Positions 12,238-28,146 of a stretch of DNA of 55,785 bases are shown piece after piece (the stretch's first letter is position 1; every line of letters begins with the position of its first letter). A model generated the notes under the pieces. The model saw only the letters and a program-made list of their open reading frames with translations, was not told the origin of the DNA and did no database searches. This DNA is from Catajapyx aquilonaris (taxonomy: Eukaryota): NCBI GenBank assembly GCA_000934665.2, contig KZ538215.1:124001-179785 (forward strand), in the 5' to 3' direction. The position numbers and the translations under genes were made by a program.

Positions 12238-12518
12238 GCCGGCGCTGGTCTGGTGGTTAGCGCGCTCGCCTCTAGTCCCAAAAGTTGTGGGTTCGTAACC
12301 GGCCGAGGTCGGTGACTTTTCTCTGGGTGGTAGAAAAGTAAGAGTGCGCCTTCCTTCGGAGAGGAGTAAAGGCGACGCGTCGGTCCCGTGTGCTTGTGAC
12401 ATTGCGCGAGTGCACGTTAAAGATCCCCATAATGGCCAAATTTCCAGGAGGAGGACCACCCCCTGGCGTCGGTGCGAGCCTAGCGGCAGAAATAGGCCGA
12501 CGTTAAGCCCCCACTAAA
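12238..12518 (+). mobile_element. tRNA-derived SINE with Nin/Deu-like central domain (copy 1)
   Basis: A box TGGTCTGGTGG, B box GGTTCGTAACC, core CCTTCGGA...AGTAAA...CGGTCCCGTGTG...GCACGTTAAAGATCCC. Highly similar to copy 2. Confidence 0.8.
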
Positions 12519-12726
12519 GAGTGCCACTTGAAGGCACAGTGATCCTCGCCTCGGGCATTTGTGACCACTTTGGAGGGCGGAGGAATTTTAGGTGGTGGGG
12601 TGGGAATTGGGTTTTTGAGAGGTGGTGTGGAGGTGGGGGCTGGAGGGCCGCTCCGCGCGGATTTCGTGCGGATGGCACGAAAAAAAATGGTTCGACTGCC
12701 TTTCCGTGTGGCCTTCTCGCCCCGTT

Positions 12727-13019
12727 GCCGGCGCTGGTGCACTAATGGTTAGCGCGCTCGCCTCTGGCCCCAAAGTTGTGGGTTCGAACCCGGCCGAGAT
12801 CGCTGCCTTTTCTCTGGATGGTAGAAAAGTGAGAGTGCGCCTTCCTTCGGAGGGGAAGTAAATCCGTCGGTCCCGTGTGCTAGTGACATTGCACGAGTGC
12901 ACATTTAAGATCCCCAGAGTGGCCAAATTTCTAGGAGGAGGACCACCCCCTGGCGTCGGTGTTGAGCCTAGCGGCAGAAATAGGCCGACGTTAAACCCCC
13001 ACTAACGTAAGTAAGTAGT
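12727..13019 (+). mobile_element. tRNA-derived SINE with Nin/Deu-like central domain (copy 2)
   Basis: B box GGTTCGAACCC, (GTAA)n tail, and TSD GCCCCGTT at 12719-12726 and 13020-13027. Confidence 0.85.
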
Positions 13020-13249
13020 GCCCCGTTCTCTCGCACACGAGGCCCGCTAGACCCTCGCCTTCCGAGCGGAGGCAAAGGCACGAGAAAGGAACGCTATATT
13101 AACTGCGAGGGGTTCGGGTGCTTCGGGCATTCAGCGTCGGCTTGGCCCGGGCGGGACGCGGTCGTTTCCCGTCGGCTGGCATCTGGCAGCGCCGCGCTGA
13201 CTGCCAGTTCGGTAACCACGGCGACGGCCGGACGATGTCGCCGTGGTTA

Positions 13250-13674
13250 GGGCCTGGCCACACTAGACGGAATCTCCGGACGGAGATTCCGGTGCGGTTT
13301 TGCGGAAGGTTCTTTTTGTCATGCGGAATTTCCGTCGACTGTGCTGCCGCCTTGCGGCCCACTAGTGAAAAACAACTCCTTCTTCCTTGCAAGATGCCCA
13401 GGGCGAGAAGAAGGGTGCACCTGACCCTCTTTCTCCGTCGGGATGTGGCCTTACCCCACCGGAATCTATACATTGCAGTGGGATTATTGCCCCCGACGGA
13501 AAACGGAACGGATTTCTTCCGCTGGGTCTTCCGCTGGTGCTCGACGGAACGACGAAAAAACCGTCGTGTGTGTCTCATCCCGACGGAATCCAGTTTACTT
13601 CCATGTGTTTGAAATTTTTGAGCGGACCGCACCGGAATTTCCGTCCGGAGATTCCGTCTAGTGTGGCTAGGCCC
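13250..13674. mobile_element. PIF/Harbinger-type MITE
   Basis: TIRs GGGCCTGGCCACACTAGACGGAATCTCCGGACGGA / TCCGTCCGGAGATTCCGTCTAGTGTGGCTAGGCCC with a 3-bp TTA TSD. Confidence 0.85.
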
Positions 13675-14769
13675 TTACCGAACTGGCAGTCAGCGCGGCG
13701 CTGCCAGATCGTCCCTTTCTTCGTGCGAGTTGTTATTGTTCATGGAGGGGGGTATTTTCGATCCCAAAGTTTGGCCAAACCAAGACTGCCACACTCGTGC
13801 CCTTTCACACACTTACGGTAATTCGGCGTAAAAACCTCGTGACGCTCTCGAATCTCACTGGTACCGACATGGAAAGGAGTAATTGCGGGTCAAAATAAAA
13901 AAACTGTACCTGGCCGCGGCAGCCGCAAATATCGCCCCAGGAGAAAAATAAGTGCACCATCTCAAAGTGCAACTCTTTCGCGTCCATATACTCCAGTTTC
14001 ATGCCGATACCTCCATATTTGCGGCCGTGACAGCGAAGTGTCAAACTCACGGGCCGGCCCGCGACGGGCTCCCCGCAACAATGGATAGCGTAGCCTAGAG
14101 CGCGCTCTTAACCCGAGAAAATCGGGAGGTTAGTGTTCACCCGATATTTCACTGCAGGTTTGCGCAAACTCGCGTTGATACAACTACCTTTTCGGACATT
14201 TCGGTAATCTAGGATTTTCTGCCCAGTAACCACAGCGCAGGTGTGCCGGTACTACAGAAAACTTGCCTTGATACAACCCGCCCTGAATGACGAGAAGTTA
14301 ACCTGCATAATACAGTATGTATCAGTGTACAAAGGTGGGTTCAGTCAGAAACGATGGTGACAAAACTAACCCTCCTGGACTAATCAGCGCCGAGCCCTTG
14401 AGACCGGCATGACAAACACCTAGAAGCCGATCCGAACCAACTTTCGACGAAACGATGACCGTCTTGAGTTTGTTTGACCGATGAGGAGGCACCCAGTGGT
14501 GGAATTAGAGAGTGTGGCGGTGGGGGGCGCCGCGGAATGTGGCTTGACTGGCTACTTATCGGGAAGTCTGACCCCTTTCACTTTTGTCAGTGTGAAACCC
14601 TCACACATATTTTGGTTCATTTCCTTTGTTCGTTTTGTGACCAGCTTTTCTGCCTGAACCCCCCTTAACATCTGTCATTGTTTTAGACTTCTTATCACCA
14701 AAAAGATTGGCAAATAACGCGAGTAAACCTTTTCTCATTGGGCAGCGGGGAAATGAGGCTGACAACAAT

Positions 14770-15240
14770 CTATTTCCCGTTGCAAAGGAACCCAAGGACA
14801 CTCGCCTGTAGACTTGACCTTGGCGGAAAGAGTGAACCCGGAAAACCGGAAGTGGCCGGTCACCGGAGGATGACCATGCAACCTATCTAGGGTGCGCGGA
14901 ATCCGAATCCAAAAACAGTTTGTCGCTATCTCGTGTCGTTTAGGCCCTGATACATGTCCACGGACAGATGGACAGAGCCATTGTGTAATACTTTTTCGAT
15001 TATAAAAAGTTTAAAAGTCTTATACAGCGGCTCTGTCCGTAAGTGGACAAATATCAGGGCCTAAACCGCAAGAGATAGCGACAAACTATTTTCGGATTCG
15101 GATTCAGCGTATCCTACCTAAATAGGTTTCATGGCCATCATCCGGCGACCGGCCACTTCCTGTTTTCCGGGTTCACTCTATTCGCCAAGGTCAAGTCTAA
15201 ATGCGGGTGTGATTGGGGTTCCTTGGCAACGGCAATGAGA
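14770..15240. mobile_element. Head-to-head pair of Helentron/DINE-like elements
   Basis: The minus-strand copy (~14770-15020) and plus-strand copy (~15013-15240) both match 4313-4580 (gagatagcgacaaac, ttcggattc, ccacttcc, gccaaggtcaa). Confidence 0.65.
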
Positions 15241-15308
15241 AATCGTCTACTCGAATCATGCTTGCATGATTTGCCCCTCGTTTCTACACCTGCCTTATAT
15301 ACGGTACT

Positions 15309-15943
15309 CACGACCAAAGAAACTTTTCTTATCCTCTTGAATTTTGAAATTTTTTGGATTTTCTCATTCTGCTTGGCCTATAGTGTTGAGAAAACATCGC
15401 CTCCGCTGCTAATTTCCACGTTAGCAGGGTGAAAATACAGCCAAAAGGCGATGTTCCGAAGCCACAACACTTGCATACGGTCGCGAGTCGCCGGCCAGCG
15501 CCAACGAGGGATAAATAGGGTACAGACAGGCCGTAAAGGTCCGCCATCTTTGATGGTGTTGGCGGCCAGGCCGTGGCAGTTCCCGGCAAGAACACACGCG
15601 AATTTGAATATTTTTGCCGTATGAGCGCCTTTAATGCACTTTTCTACGGATTAATTCCGTAAGTACGGCAAAAGTGCCACAGTCTGGCCGCCAAAACCAT
15701 CAAAGATGGCGGACCTTTACGGCCTGCCTGTACCCTATTTATCCCTCGTTGGCGCTGGCCGGCGACTCGCGACCGTATGCAAGTGTTGTGGCTTCGGAAT
15801 ATCGCCTTTAGGCTGTATTTTCACCCTGCTAACGTGGAAATTAGCAGCGGAGGTGATGTTTTCCCAACACTATAGGCCAAGCAGAATGAGAAAATCCAAA
15901 AAATTTCAAAATTCAGGAGGATAAGAAAAGTTACTTTGGTTGT
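15309..15943. mobile_element. Foldback MITE with ~260-bp inverted arms
   Basis: accaaagaaacttttcttatcctc...ggcggccag is mirrored by ctggccgcc...gaggataagaaaagttactttggt. This explains the near-identical mirror ORFs 15329-15595(-) and 15706-15924(+). Confidence 0.85.
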
Positions 15944-16210
15944 CAGAACAGGCACACTCATATGACGAACAGACATTCTGTACACCCCTTTCTATGTATT
16001 ACTCACTATCACAATATATTAGTGAACTTTCCAACGGATATGGTTTGACAGCATAAAATGAGCGTGTTGGGATATGATAATGTAGTAGGTCTAATACCAG
16101 TCTGCAATGTGAACAAATGTGACGATGTCATCATTAGTCATGCCGGGTAGTTCAGTTTAGGTGTGATGTGCAAGAAAGGTATAGTCAGAGCACAGAGTGT
16201 ATCGATCATA

Positions 16211-16705
16211 CTGGGTGTTTCACTAGGTAACCCCCCCGTTCGCAGTAAATTTCGGTTTCTTGAAATATATTTTTAAAGTTGCACATGAAGGATGCAAAAC
16301 ATGGCGAAATAGGGGAAGTGAGAGAAGCGCCAGGAGGCACGCTGCAGGCGAAATATCATTATTATTAATATGGGGGGGGGGGGGGGTNTTCAAGGATCCG
16401 GGGTTCCTGCTGTTCTGCTTTTTCGCATACTGCAGCCAAGGATGGCCTCGGAGGTCAAGTCCAATGTGCTAAAAACCATCCCCGTTGAAAACTACCCCTA
16501 ATGAACCCCTTGGGGCATATGTCGAGGCCTACGTATTGATTTGCATCGGGAACATACAGACATACATTGTGAAATATGTATAAGATGGTGATACATTCCC
16601 ATGAACTAAGGTAGATTTTCAATGAAACTTCACGTTTACATAGAGTATGAAGAAAAATAGACTATAGTCGATTATTTGGGGGGGACTACCTAGTGAAACA
16701 CCCTG
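16211..16705. mobile_element. Tc1/mariner-type MITE
   Basis: TA|CTGGGTGTTTCACTAGGTA...TACCTAGTGAAACACCCTG|TA. Confidence 0.8.
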
Positions 16706-17297
16706 TATTTGCAATGGAGTAGAAATGCTAATAGCCCACTGAAATAACATGAAATTCGCAAGGCTATATTATGCTGTAGTTGTTGGTCTGGGGAACAATC
16801 AATACTAGCCAACTACAATAGGCTAATATGGTCCCTTAAAATAATATAATCTTACATACTGTGAAAATCATGCAGGCTATACCATGGAAGCAAGGGCGCA
16901 CATTGCAAACAGACTTTGCTGCAGACCTGACTGGTAAATCATTGCTGATTTGCTTGACAGAAGTGCCAAGAGAAGTGTCTGGATGTCCTTTGTAACTTCC
17001 ACAGTCAGTGATTAATGTGTGCAGGTATTGTGCTTGTGTGATGTTGGCACATTAAAAATCATTAAAATCATAATCAGACCTTCTGAGACATGCCAAATCC
17101 ATCATCATACCCTTGATCACATTCCAGTTACCAAAAATGTGCTTTATCAAGGTTTTATTAGCATCAGTTTCAGGCGTGGCCGCATTTCGCTACCGCCAGG
17201 CCCCTTAGTGTGACGTCACGAAAACCAGTGCCAGACCCGATAGTTCACATGTCTCAACCTGCTTGCTGGGACAGGCGTCATCCCTGATTGGCGGACC

Positions 17298-17347
17298 GAG
17301 CTTGTTTTGCTAGCAGCGGCCTCATGCAAACATGCCGAAACTTGCCT
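17298..17347. promoter_or_regulatory. p53-family response element candidate
   Basis: AAACATGCCG-AAACTTGCCT (17328-17347) matches 2xRRRCWWGYYY at 19/20 with no spacer. A perfect extra half-site GAGCTTGTTT is at 17298-17307; CRE TGACGTCA at 17211-17218. Confidence 0.45.
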
Positions 17348-17906
17348 TTATCATTTTCATTGAACTGAAAACAAGCACATCTCTTAATGGGCAGACTGCC
17401 GTGCGCAACTGCTGTGCGCAGCTTCCGGCCGACGCGACGTCGCGTCGCGAAGTCTTTATGTCGCCCGGTCTGTAGCGTTGTTTCCATTTTGTCCTCTTCG
17501 CAGGCGATATACTATGTACATGAGAATGTTGGGAGCGGCGGAGGGTCAGGTAGTTTGACATCGATGTAGTGAAAACATTATCTGCTGTCCATGGCGGAAG
17601 CAGCTCTGACAATGTTAATTCAAATCACTCCGGCACAGGTCCAAGGGCAAGGTGGTAACCACTTCGTGGAACTGGTGTACAGAGTCCCTCTGGAACCGGC
17701 CTAGAACCGTCTTGGAACCGGGTGGAAGTACCCGGTTCCAGGAACTGATGTACTTTTTTGGGGAGTGGTTAGCCCCTTGCAGAGGTCGTATTTCCCAATG
17801 TCAGGTAGGATTTTTATTCAGGTGGTTGTGGTGGCCACGGAAACATGGAATAGAACCCCACACCGATAAAGACAATGGTGGCCATACGGTAGGGAGCATG
17901 CATGCA

Positions 17907-18120
17907 GGGGTTGCGCGAGGGAACGCCACATCCTTCCACCTCCGACGCCCTGTGTTCGAGCCTCGGTTAGAACCAGTATTTCGCATGTGGAAATAGTTCG
18001 AATAGGGTTTTCGGGGTTCTCCCGTTCTTCCCGCAAAAGAAATCCATCAGCGCAGTCGATGAATAAATTCAGTCATACGATGATCCCCTAAAAGGCCCAG
18101 TAGGTCTAGGAGGTATCCTA
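17907..18120 (+). mobile_element. Degenerate V-domain-like SINE
   Basis: Shares ccttccacctc, gttcgagcc, ttttcggggttctcccgtt, aaatccatca and the gatgatccc...aggccca...gtatcc tail with 20277-20609 and 49016-49275. Confidence 0.6.
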
Positions 18121-19039
18121 CTAAGGGGATAAAATTAGAACGGATCCTCCGCTTCGAAGGAGTAGGCCTACTTCACCTGGGCGGCGCCATGTTGAGATTC
18201 ATGGGCGAGGATGGTTGAAATACATGCACAGCTGGGAATAGGGATCTGGGAGAAGGTGCCACTTGAAAGTTGCGCGAGCATCCTCTTCGTGGGAATATTG
18301 TTCCGTTATTTCTTTGTTTGCGCCTGGCCTAGGATTCTTATGATTCTATTGTAAAAACGCACCCAGGCGACCACCGGTCACTTCTTACAAGCAGGCTCGT
18401 ATAACTTCCCATCCTTCAACGTTCACCAACATCCCTACTCTTGACTCGTCCGTTCTCCACAAACAACCTGACACAGGCATATCGAAGTTGTCTACACCCA
18501 GAAATACACCTGAACGGAACTAAACAACTCCAATCTTCCTTACCATCAGCAATATACTGTGTTCGACGAAAGACTGTCATGGCGTCACCGCCTCTAACAG
18601 TGAATGACCTCGAACAACAAATCCCATTGGTATGAGTCACCAGGCAACCTGCGAGTCTTTCATTGTTGCCGTCACAGCACTCTTTCACCGAACAAAACAG
18701 GGCAAAGGTCATTCTACAATGACCTCACTATTGCTGTGTGAGAGCATCTCCATGGTAACAGGAAAAGTTGGATGTTCCCGAAGTGCAACCTAGGATGTCT
18801 ATTAACTTACATAACACCGCAGTAAGTTGCAGTCATGACCATAGAACACAAAGGAAACCGATCCCCACAGTCGTAGAACGCACAAGAACACGATGGAGGA
18901 AAATAATCATTTCCACTATCGATAAAACAACTCACGTGGTGCCGCTGTCGATGAAACCACACCACTCGCCTCAGGAGCATTGCCTAAGACAACAACGCTA
19001 TAACACTAATCTTGTGCCGCGACCCAGCGAAGTGCTCCG

Positions 19040-19200
19040 CTCCAACACTGGCAGCACGAAGAGGGAGGCCCCACTCCGGAGCGCCCTTATATAGGGGGCG
19101 GCTCGGGTGGGATGTGAGTGGTGCCGTCTGCAAACGAGCACCAATCAGCTTCTTCCCCTGTTCCATACGTCACCGCGGGGCTCTGGTTTGCACCTGCGCC
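19040..19200 (-). promoter_or_regulatory. TATA-containing core promoter candidate, minus strand
   Basis: CTATATAAG (19094-19086), adjacent GC box, CCAAT (19141-19145) and TGACGTA half-CRE (~19170). A downstream donor CAC|GTGAGT lies at ~18935. Confidence 0.45.
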
Positions 19201-20276
19201 GTCAAGCATACTTGATGCGCCCTGGTGCCGTAGTGGCAGCAACGCGTATTATAACCCAGATTTTCTACGCATCATCTGAGTTTTCTCTTCCTCCGCAAGA
19301 TGCCGCGCAGAACAACACAGCCAACAGGCTCAAATAATAATACCGCTTATTACGCCATTCTCAGCCAAAACATACAGAATGTCAGTGCTGTTTTTGCCAA
19401 TTCTGAAAATGCGGCCATACGTCGGGGACCCAACTCCACCCGGAAAAAAAATCGTCCTTCTACCTCACAGCACGATGCCGTGTCGCCCTCAGGCGGGATT
19501 ACAGCTAATAGACCTTCCGTATGACTATGACAAATTGACAATACCTGGTGGGTACGTTTCATGAACATAGGACGAGCGGAGGATCGTTGGGCTCGGTGTT
19601 TCGGCCGGTGTTTCGTTCCTTGCGTCCTGCTCTAGTTAGCAGTACCAATGTCAACAAAAAGCTTATGGGTTATGGGAGAATCTTCACTATCAGAAGAAGG
19701 CCGTAATGGCAGGGGCTTAGCAGCAGCCAAGAACTTTAATAAACTAATGCTAGCAGTCTAGCACAGCAACAATCAAGCAAAACTATTCATATGACACGTT
19801 CATTACCTGAACTGCAAATGAAAGTGAGGGATGATGTAAAAGGGATGCATGGCCTAAATCATTACTGATTTACTGGCTATTACATGCTTCACATATGGAA
19901 AAAAAAAACGCTGCCATGAAGTGCAGCAGTAAATCTTTACCTTCTTTTAGACTCTTATGGGCAAAATTTTCAAGCGAGAGAGAATCATTTTACGAAAATA
20001 ATTTGTTTCCCTCTCTTGTGACCCCAAATATTTAAGTTCAAGACCCCAAATGGGGTCACAACCCACAGTTTGGGAAGAACTGTTATAGAGGTTACTTACA
20101 AGCACAATGTGGATATTGGCAGGGGTAGGCCAGATCTTTCCATGTGACTTCCAAATTGAGGAGACATGGGGTGGAGTTTTTCAGTTAGCAGTGCAACGAA
20201 AATTCCACCCTTGGTTAATAAGATACCCGTACCAAAAAAATGCAATGTTCTTATAATATACATATGTATATTATTT

Positions 20277-20529
20277 GGGCGACACAGTGGCAGAGTGGTT
20301 AGAGCCGCAGCCTTCCACCTCTAAGGTCCTGAGTTTGATCCCCGGGTAGGATGGAGGATACTTATGTGGATAGAGTTTCCATGGGTTCTCTCCATGTTCG
20401 CGTGGATTTTCTCGGGGTTCTCCCGTTTCCTCCCACAATCAAAATCCATCACAGCGCAGGCAATGATTAAAGTCAGGTATTTAAAAGATGATCCCATAAG
20501 AGGCCCAAGGAGGCCAATCACAGGGTATC

Positions 20530-20586
<57 letters not shown>

Positions 20587-20609
20587 CATCATTATTATTA
20601 TTATTATTA
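20277..20609 (+). mobile_element. tRNA-derived SINE with V-domain-like core and (ATT)n tail
   Basis: A box TGGCAGAGTGG, B-box-like GAGTTTGATCC, V-core-like gttctctccatgttcgcgtggattttctcggggttctcccgtttcctcccac, and TSD GTATATTATTT. Confidence 0.85.
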
Positions 20610-20721
20610 GTATATTATTTAAGGCAAATTTCAAATATTGACAAAAAGCTAGATGCCAGATGCCACTAGAGAGGCTCGAAGAATGCCACCCAACATCTAA
20701 ATGTAACCTGTGATTATTTTA

Positions 20722-20979
20722 AATTGAAGACCTATAGTAAAAAAGGTAGTAAGTGCCATTTTGGGAGAATGGAGAAAATAATGTTTTTCTCCTGGCATCA
20801 CTATGGGGTGACATATGAAATAACATTCTATTGACTGCAAGAAAAACTACTTCGGGTTGCTTCTGGCACTTGATGCCTATTTGACAATATTGCCCTTGGC
20901 ATTTACTTCTGTTTTTACTGCGTATCTCCATTTTCGCATTTTTGGCGCTTACTACCTTTTTTACTATAGGTCTTCAATT
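20722..20979. mobile_element. MITE
   Basis: Inverted termini AATTGAAGACCTATAGTAAAAAAGGTAGTAAG / CTTACTACCTTTTTTACTATAGGTCTTCAATT. Confidence 0.8.
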
Positions 20980-22953
20980 ATTTGACTTTAAAATTGTGTA
21001 ACAATTTTTTAAACCACAAAAATTTAACACGATTTTTTAAAAGATTCTTAAAACTTGATTTTTTCATGTATTTAGAATACCGGAACAGTTATGTTACCCA
21101 CTGACATACCTTTGCAAATGCTGGTAAGAGTATGCCTGTGTAGAATATTGTTATTGATACCGTAACCTAAATGTCACTTCAATTCAAATAAATAGGGTGT
21201 GATCACATGTAGGGTGTTTTGTGGAGAAATTCATCTATATTCTAACACTGGCCTCAAAGTCTCTTAATTATGGGTTCATCCCAGATGTTATAATTAATGG
21301 TTTAAAAGACGTGCTTATTCTGTATGTACGAAACTTTTGGATAATTTTAAAAAATCTTCTTTGGAGTAACTGGGAAGAAATGACACAAGAAACTTTGATC
21401 CCACACTTAACCTATAAATTACAATGAAATAATTAATTGGTTTATACTCATCATAACCATATTAGGCCAACAAAATGCTACAGTAAAATACCACATACAC
21501 ACATTCATGACAGATGTGAAAGTGCAAATTCTCATAATCTCAGTTCCATTCTGACATTTTAAAACCAAGATCTTCTGTTACAAAGTTAGCACTTTTTGGC
21601 ACTATCACAACATATGTTGCGTCCAACACTGACTTGACGTAATGCTGAGTTTGACCGCAAAATTGAGCAATTATTTTGTCTTGAATTAATCTTCTGCAAA
21701 ATATCTACTTCAAAGTTGTTGGAGAAGTATCAAAAAAATGTAACAGAAAAATAGCTAATTTCCATGAGAACCAATGCTACATAATTAATGAGAGGAGTCC
21801 TTTATGAATAGGTCTTCATTTCCAAACTGAAACTATGACAGTCTTCATATGGGAATGATACATACTCACCAGCTTCAAGAAGTTAGGCTCTAAAAATCGG
21901 GCAAGAAATATCAATTCGGAGACGGCAATATATTAAGGATACCCTGGAAAGAGGGTAGGAAAAATACAAAACCTGATGTATATGGGATTGACTGATTCAC
22001 TTTGCACCCAGAAGGTTTCTACTATGCAATATGAATATTTTTTTGAGTTAAAATAGTTTTGATTATTTTCAGTGAGAAAGGAATGAATGATAAATAAATG
22101 GCTACTTTCTTCCCAGATAATACAATGCACTTCAAATCCCTTGTACTGTACCCTAATCTTTCCAGCTTTATCACTCCTACTGTCTTTTCCAAAGAATAGT
22201 ACTGGTGTCACTAAAACCAACATGCAACATTGGCAACCTACTCTTTGTCTGAAACATTCTATTTTCATAGAAATCTTCATGCTTATTGATATTAATTTCA
22301 TATATACTCCTCTTGAATTACAATACCCCTGGAGCCTTTTGTGTCCTGAAACATTGTGTGAATATTGCATACTAATTTCTCTGTGACAACAGTTCTTTTC
22401 TCTCTCTGAAAGGACAATACAGATCTTCTATGCCTCCATGCAGCCTTATAATCTGAGAAGAAATGCTGGCACAAGTGATTTAAGGCATCTGCCACACTGC
22501 ACTTTTTGCACATTGAAAAAAAGAGCAGCTAGTGATGTCGTCTTTCTAGGCTTGGTATCATAATCAGTGCTATCAAATGGACTACACAATTTGCAGACTG
22601 CAAATAAGAGGGAGAGAGTGTTTCAAGTGAAAATAAAAGGGGCCATCAGCACGGTTTTAAATTGCCAGTCTGCAAATTTGGACCCATGTGGTTAGGGCAT
22701 ATTTTGGCTACTTACGACAACAACACATTTTTTTCAAACTTCCAATCATCACATCCCACAAGCGTGACAAAAATACAAGATGATCTCAAAAAGAGACTTG
22801 TATATAGAATTGGGTCTTTCAGGAAGTGTCTATCATCTGAGCAAGAATAATAGTTGCATTAAAAAAACAAATAATACTCCTGACACACCAAGTACATCTC
22901 CAGCTTGAGCCTGATAGCACACTAAAGAGTCACATTTGCAAATTGGCTTACTT

Positions 22954-27478
<4,525 letters not shown>

Positions 27479-27809
27479 CACATCACAGTCCTGTGGCCCA
27501 AGAAAATTTGATTAATGTTTCAGTACTTCCTTTAGAAGACATGTACAGCGAAGTAGAATCAGAAAACTTGGTTACTTGCAAAAAAATACAATGAACACTC
27601 GAGGTTAGCACACTCGCCGACACTTGCAATGCAGTGACCTACATGTACCCTGCTACTTTGGACACATGCCACTGACGGCAGGTTTTTAAAATGGATAGCA
27701 CACCTTCTAATGTAATAATAGCTGTGAGACATGTACAGATTGTGGTTGCAGCTCAAGCAACATCATGAGCTACCTAAACAGGATGGCAGGATATCTTTTC
27801 CATCTTACC

Positions 27810-28146
27810 TCCTGGAGAGAAAAACAAATAGGTCCTAGAGCCGTGGTCCCCTTGTGGCGTATGCGCCGTAGGACACGTGTACAAGGCCCAGTGTCCGATC
27901 AGCGAGGCACGCACGCAGACGCCCTCACTCAATCGATCCATCCGCTGCTGAGTGCTGATTCAACAACAACAACAACTGCCGGCAACACCAGGGCGATATG
28001 ATCATCGTCGATATCAGCGACTGGTATCGACTCCAGTGTGTTATTTTTAGACGCCGGACTTGAAAGTCCCCGTGCTTGAAAGTGTACATGAGAAGAGCGA
28101 TGCTGCTGGTTGTTGCAGGTGGATGTGCTGGCTTGTGAGTCGCACC
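27810..28146. promoter_or_regulatory. Bidirectional promoter / 5' UTR region between ANKRD16 and TRMU
   Basis: Divergent start codons are ~670 bp apart. The interval is CpG-rich, with DRE-like TCGATA/TATCGA motifs at ~28008-28031 and a minus-strand donor (GAG|GTAAG) at 27810 suggesting a non-coding first exon of ANKRD16. Confidence 0.65.

Larger units (their letters stand above)
12135..13097. mobile_element. Harbinger-like MITE interrupted by two SINE insertions
   Basis: Segments 12135-12237, 12519-12726 and 13020-13097 are colinear with the uninterrupted copy at 10425-10753. Confidence 0.6.

Noticed and set aside
12238..12310. tRNA-like sequences here and at 12727, 20277, 43390-43465, 47450-47532 and 49016
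   Set aside because: A and B boxes are present, but they continue into SINE bodies with tails and TSDs and have no complete cloverleaf. They are SINE heads, not tRNA genes.
13099..13821. Several 140-177 aa ORFs
   Set aside because: Produced by GC-rich nested MITE and hairpin sequence.
15329..15924. Apparent duplicated gene pair MADLYGL...
   Set aside because: Mirror translations of the two arms of a foldback element.
22298..22600. Alternative last exon for ANKRD16
   Set aside because: The nearer acceptor at 23036 gives an ankyrin-like ending (RTALTMARYGRNPALIEYLEQ), whereas this region gives no ankyrin pattern and is likely 3' UTR.
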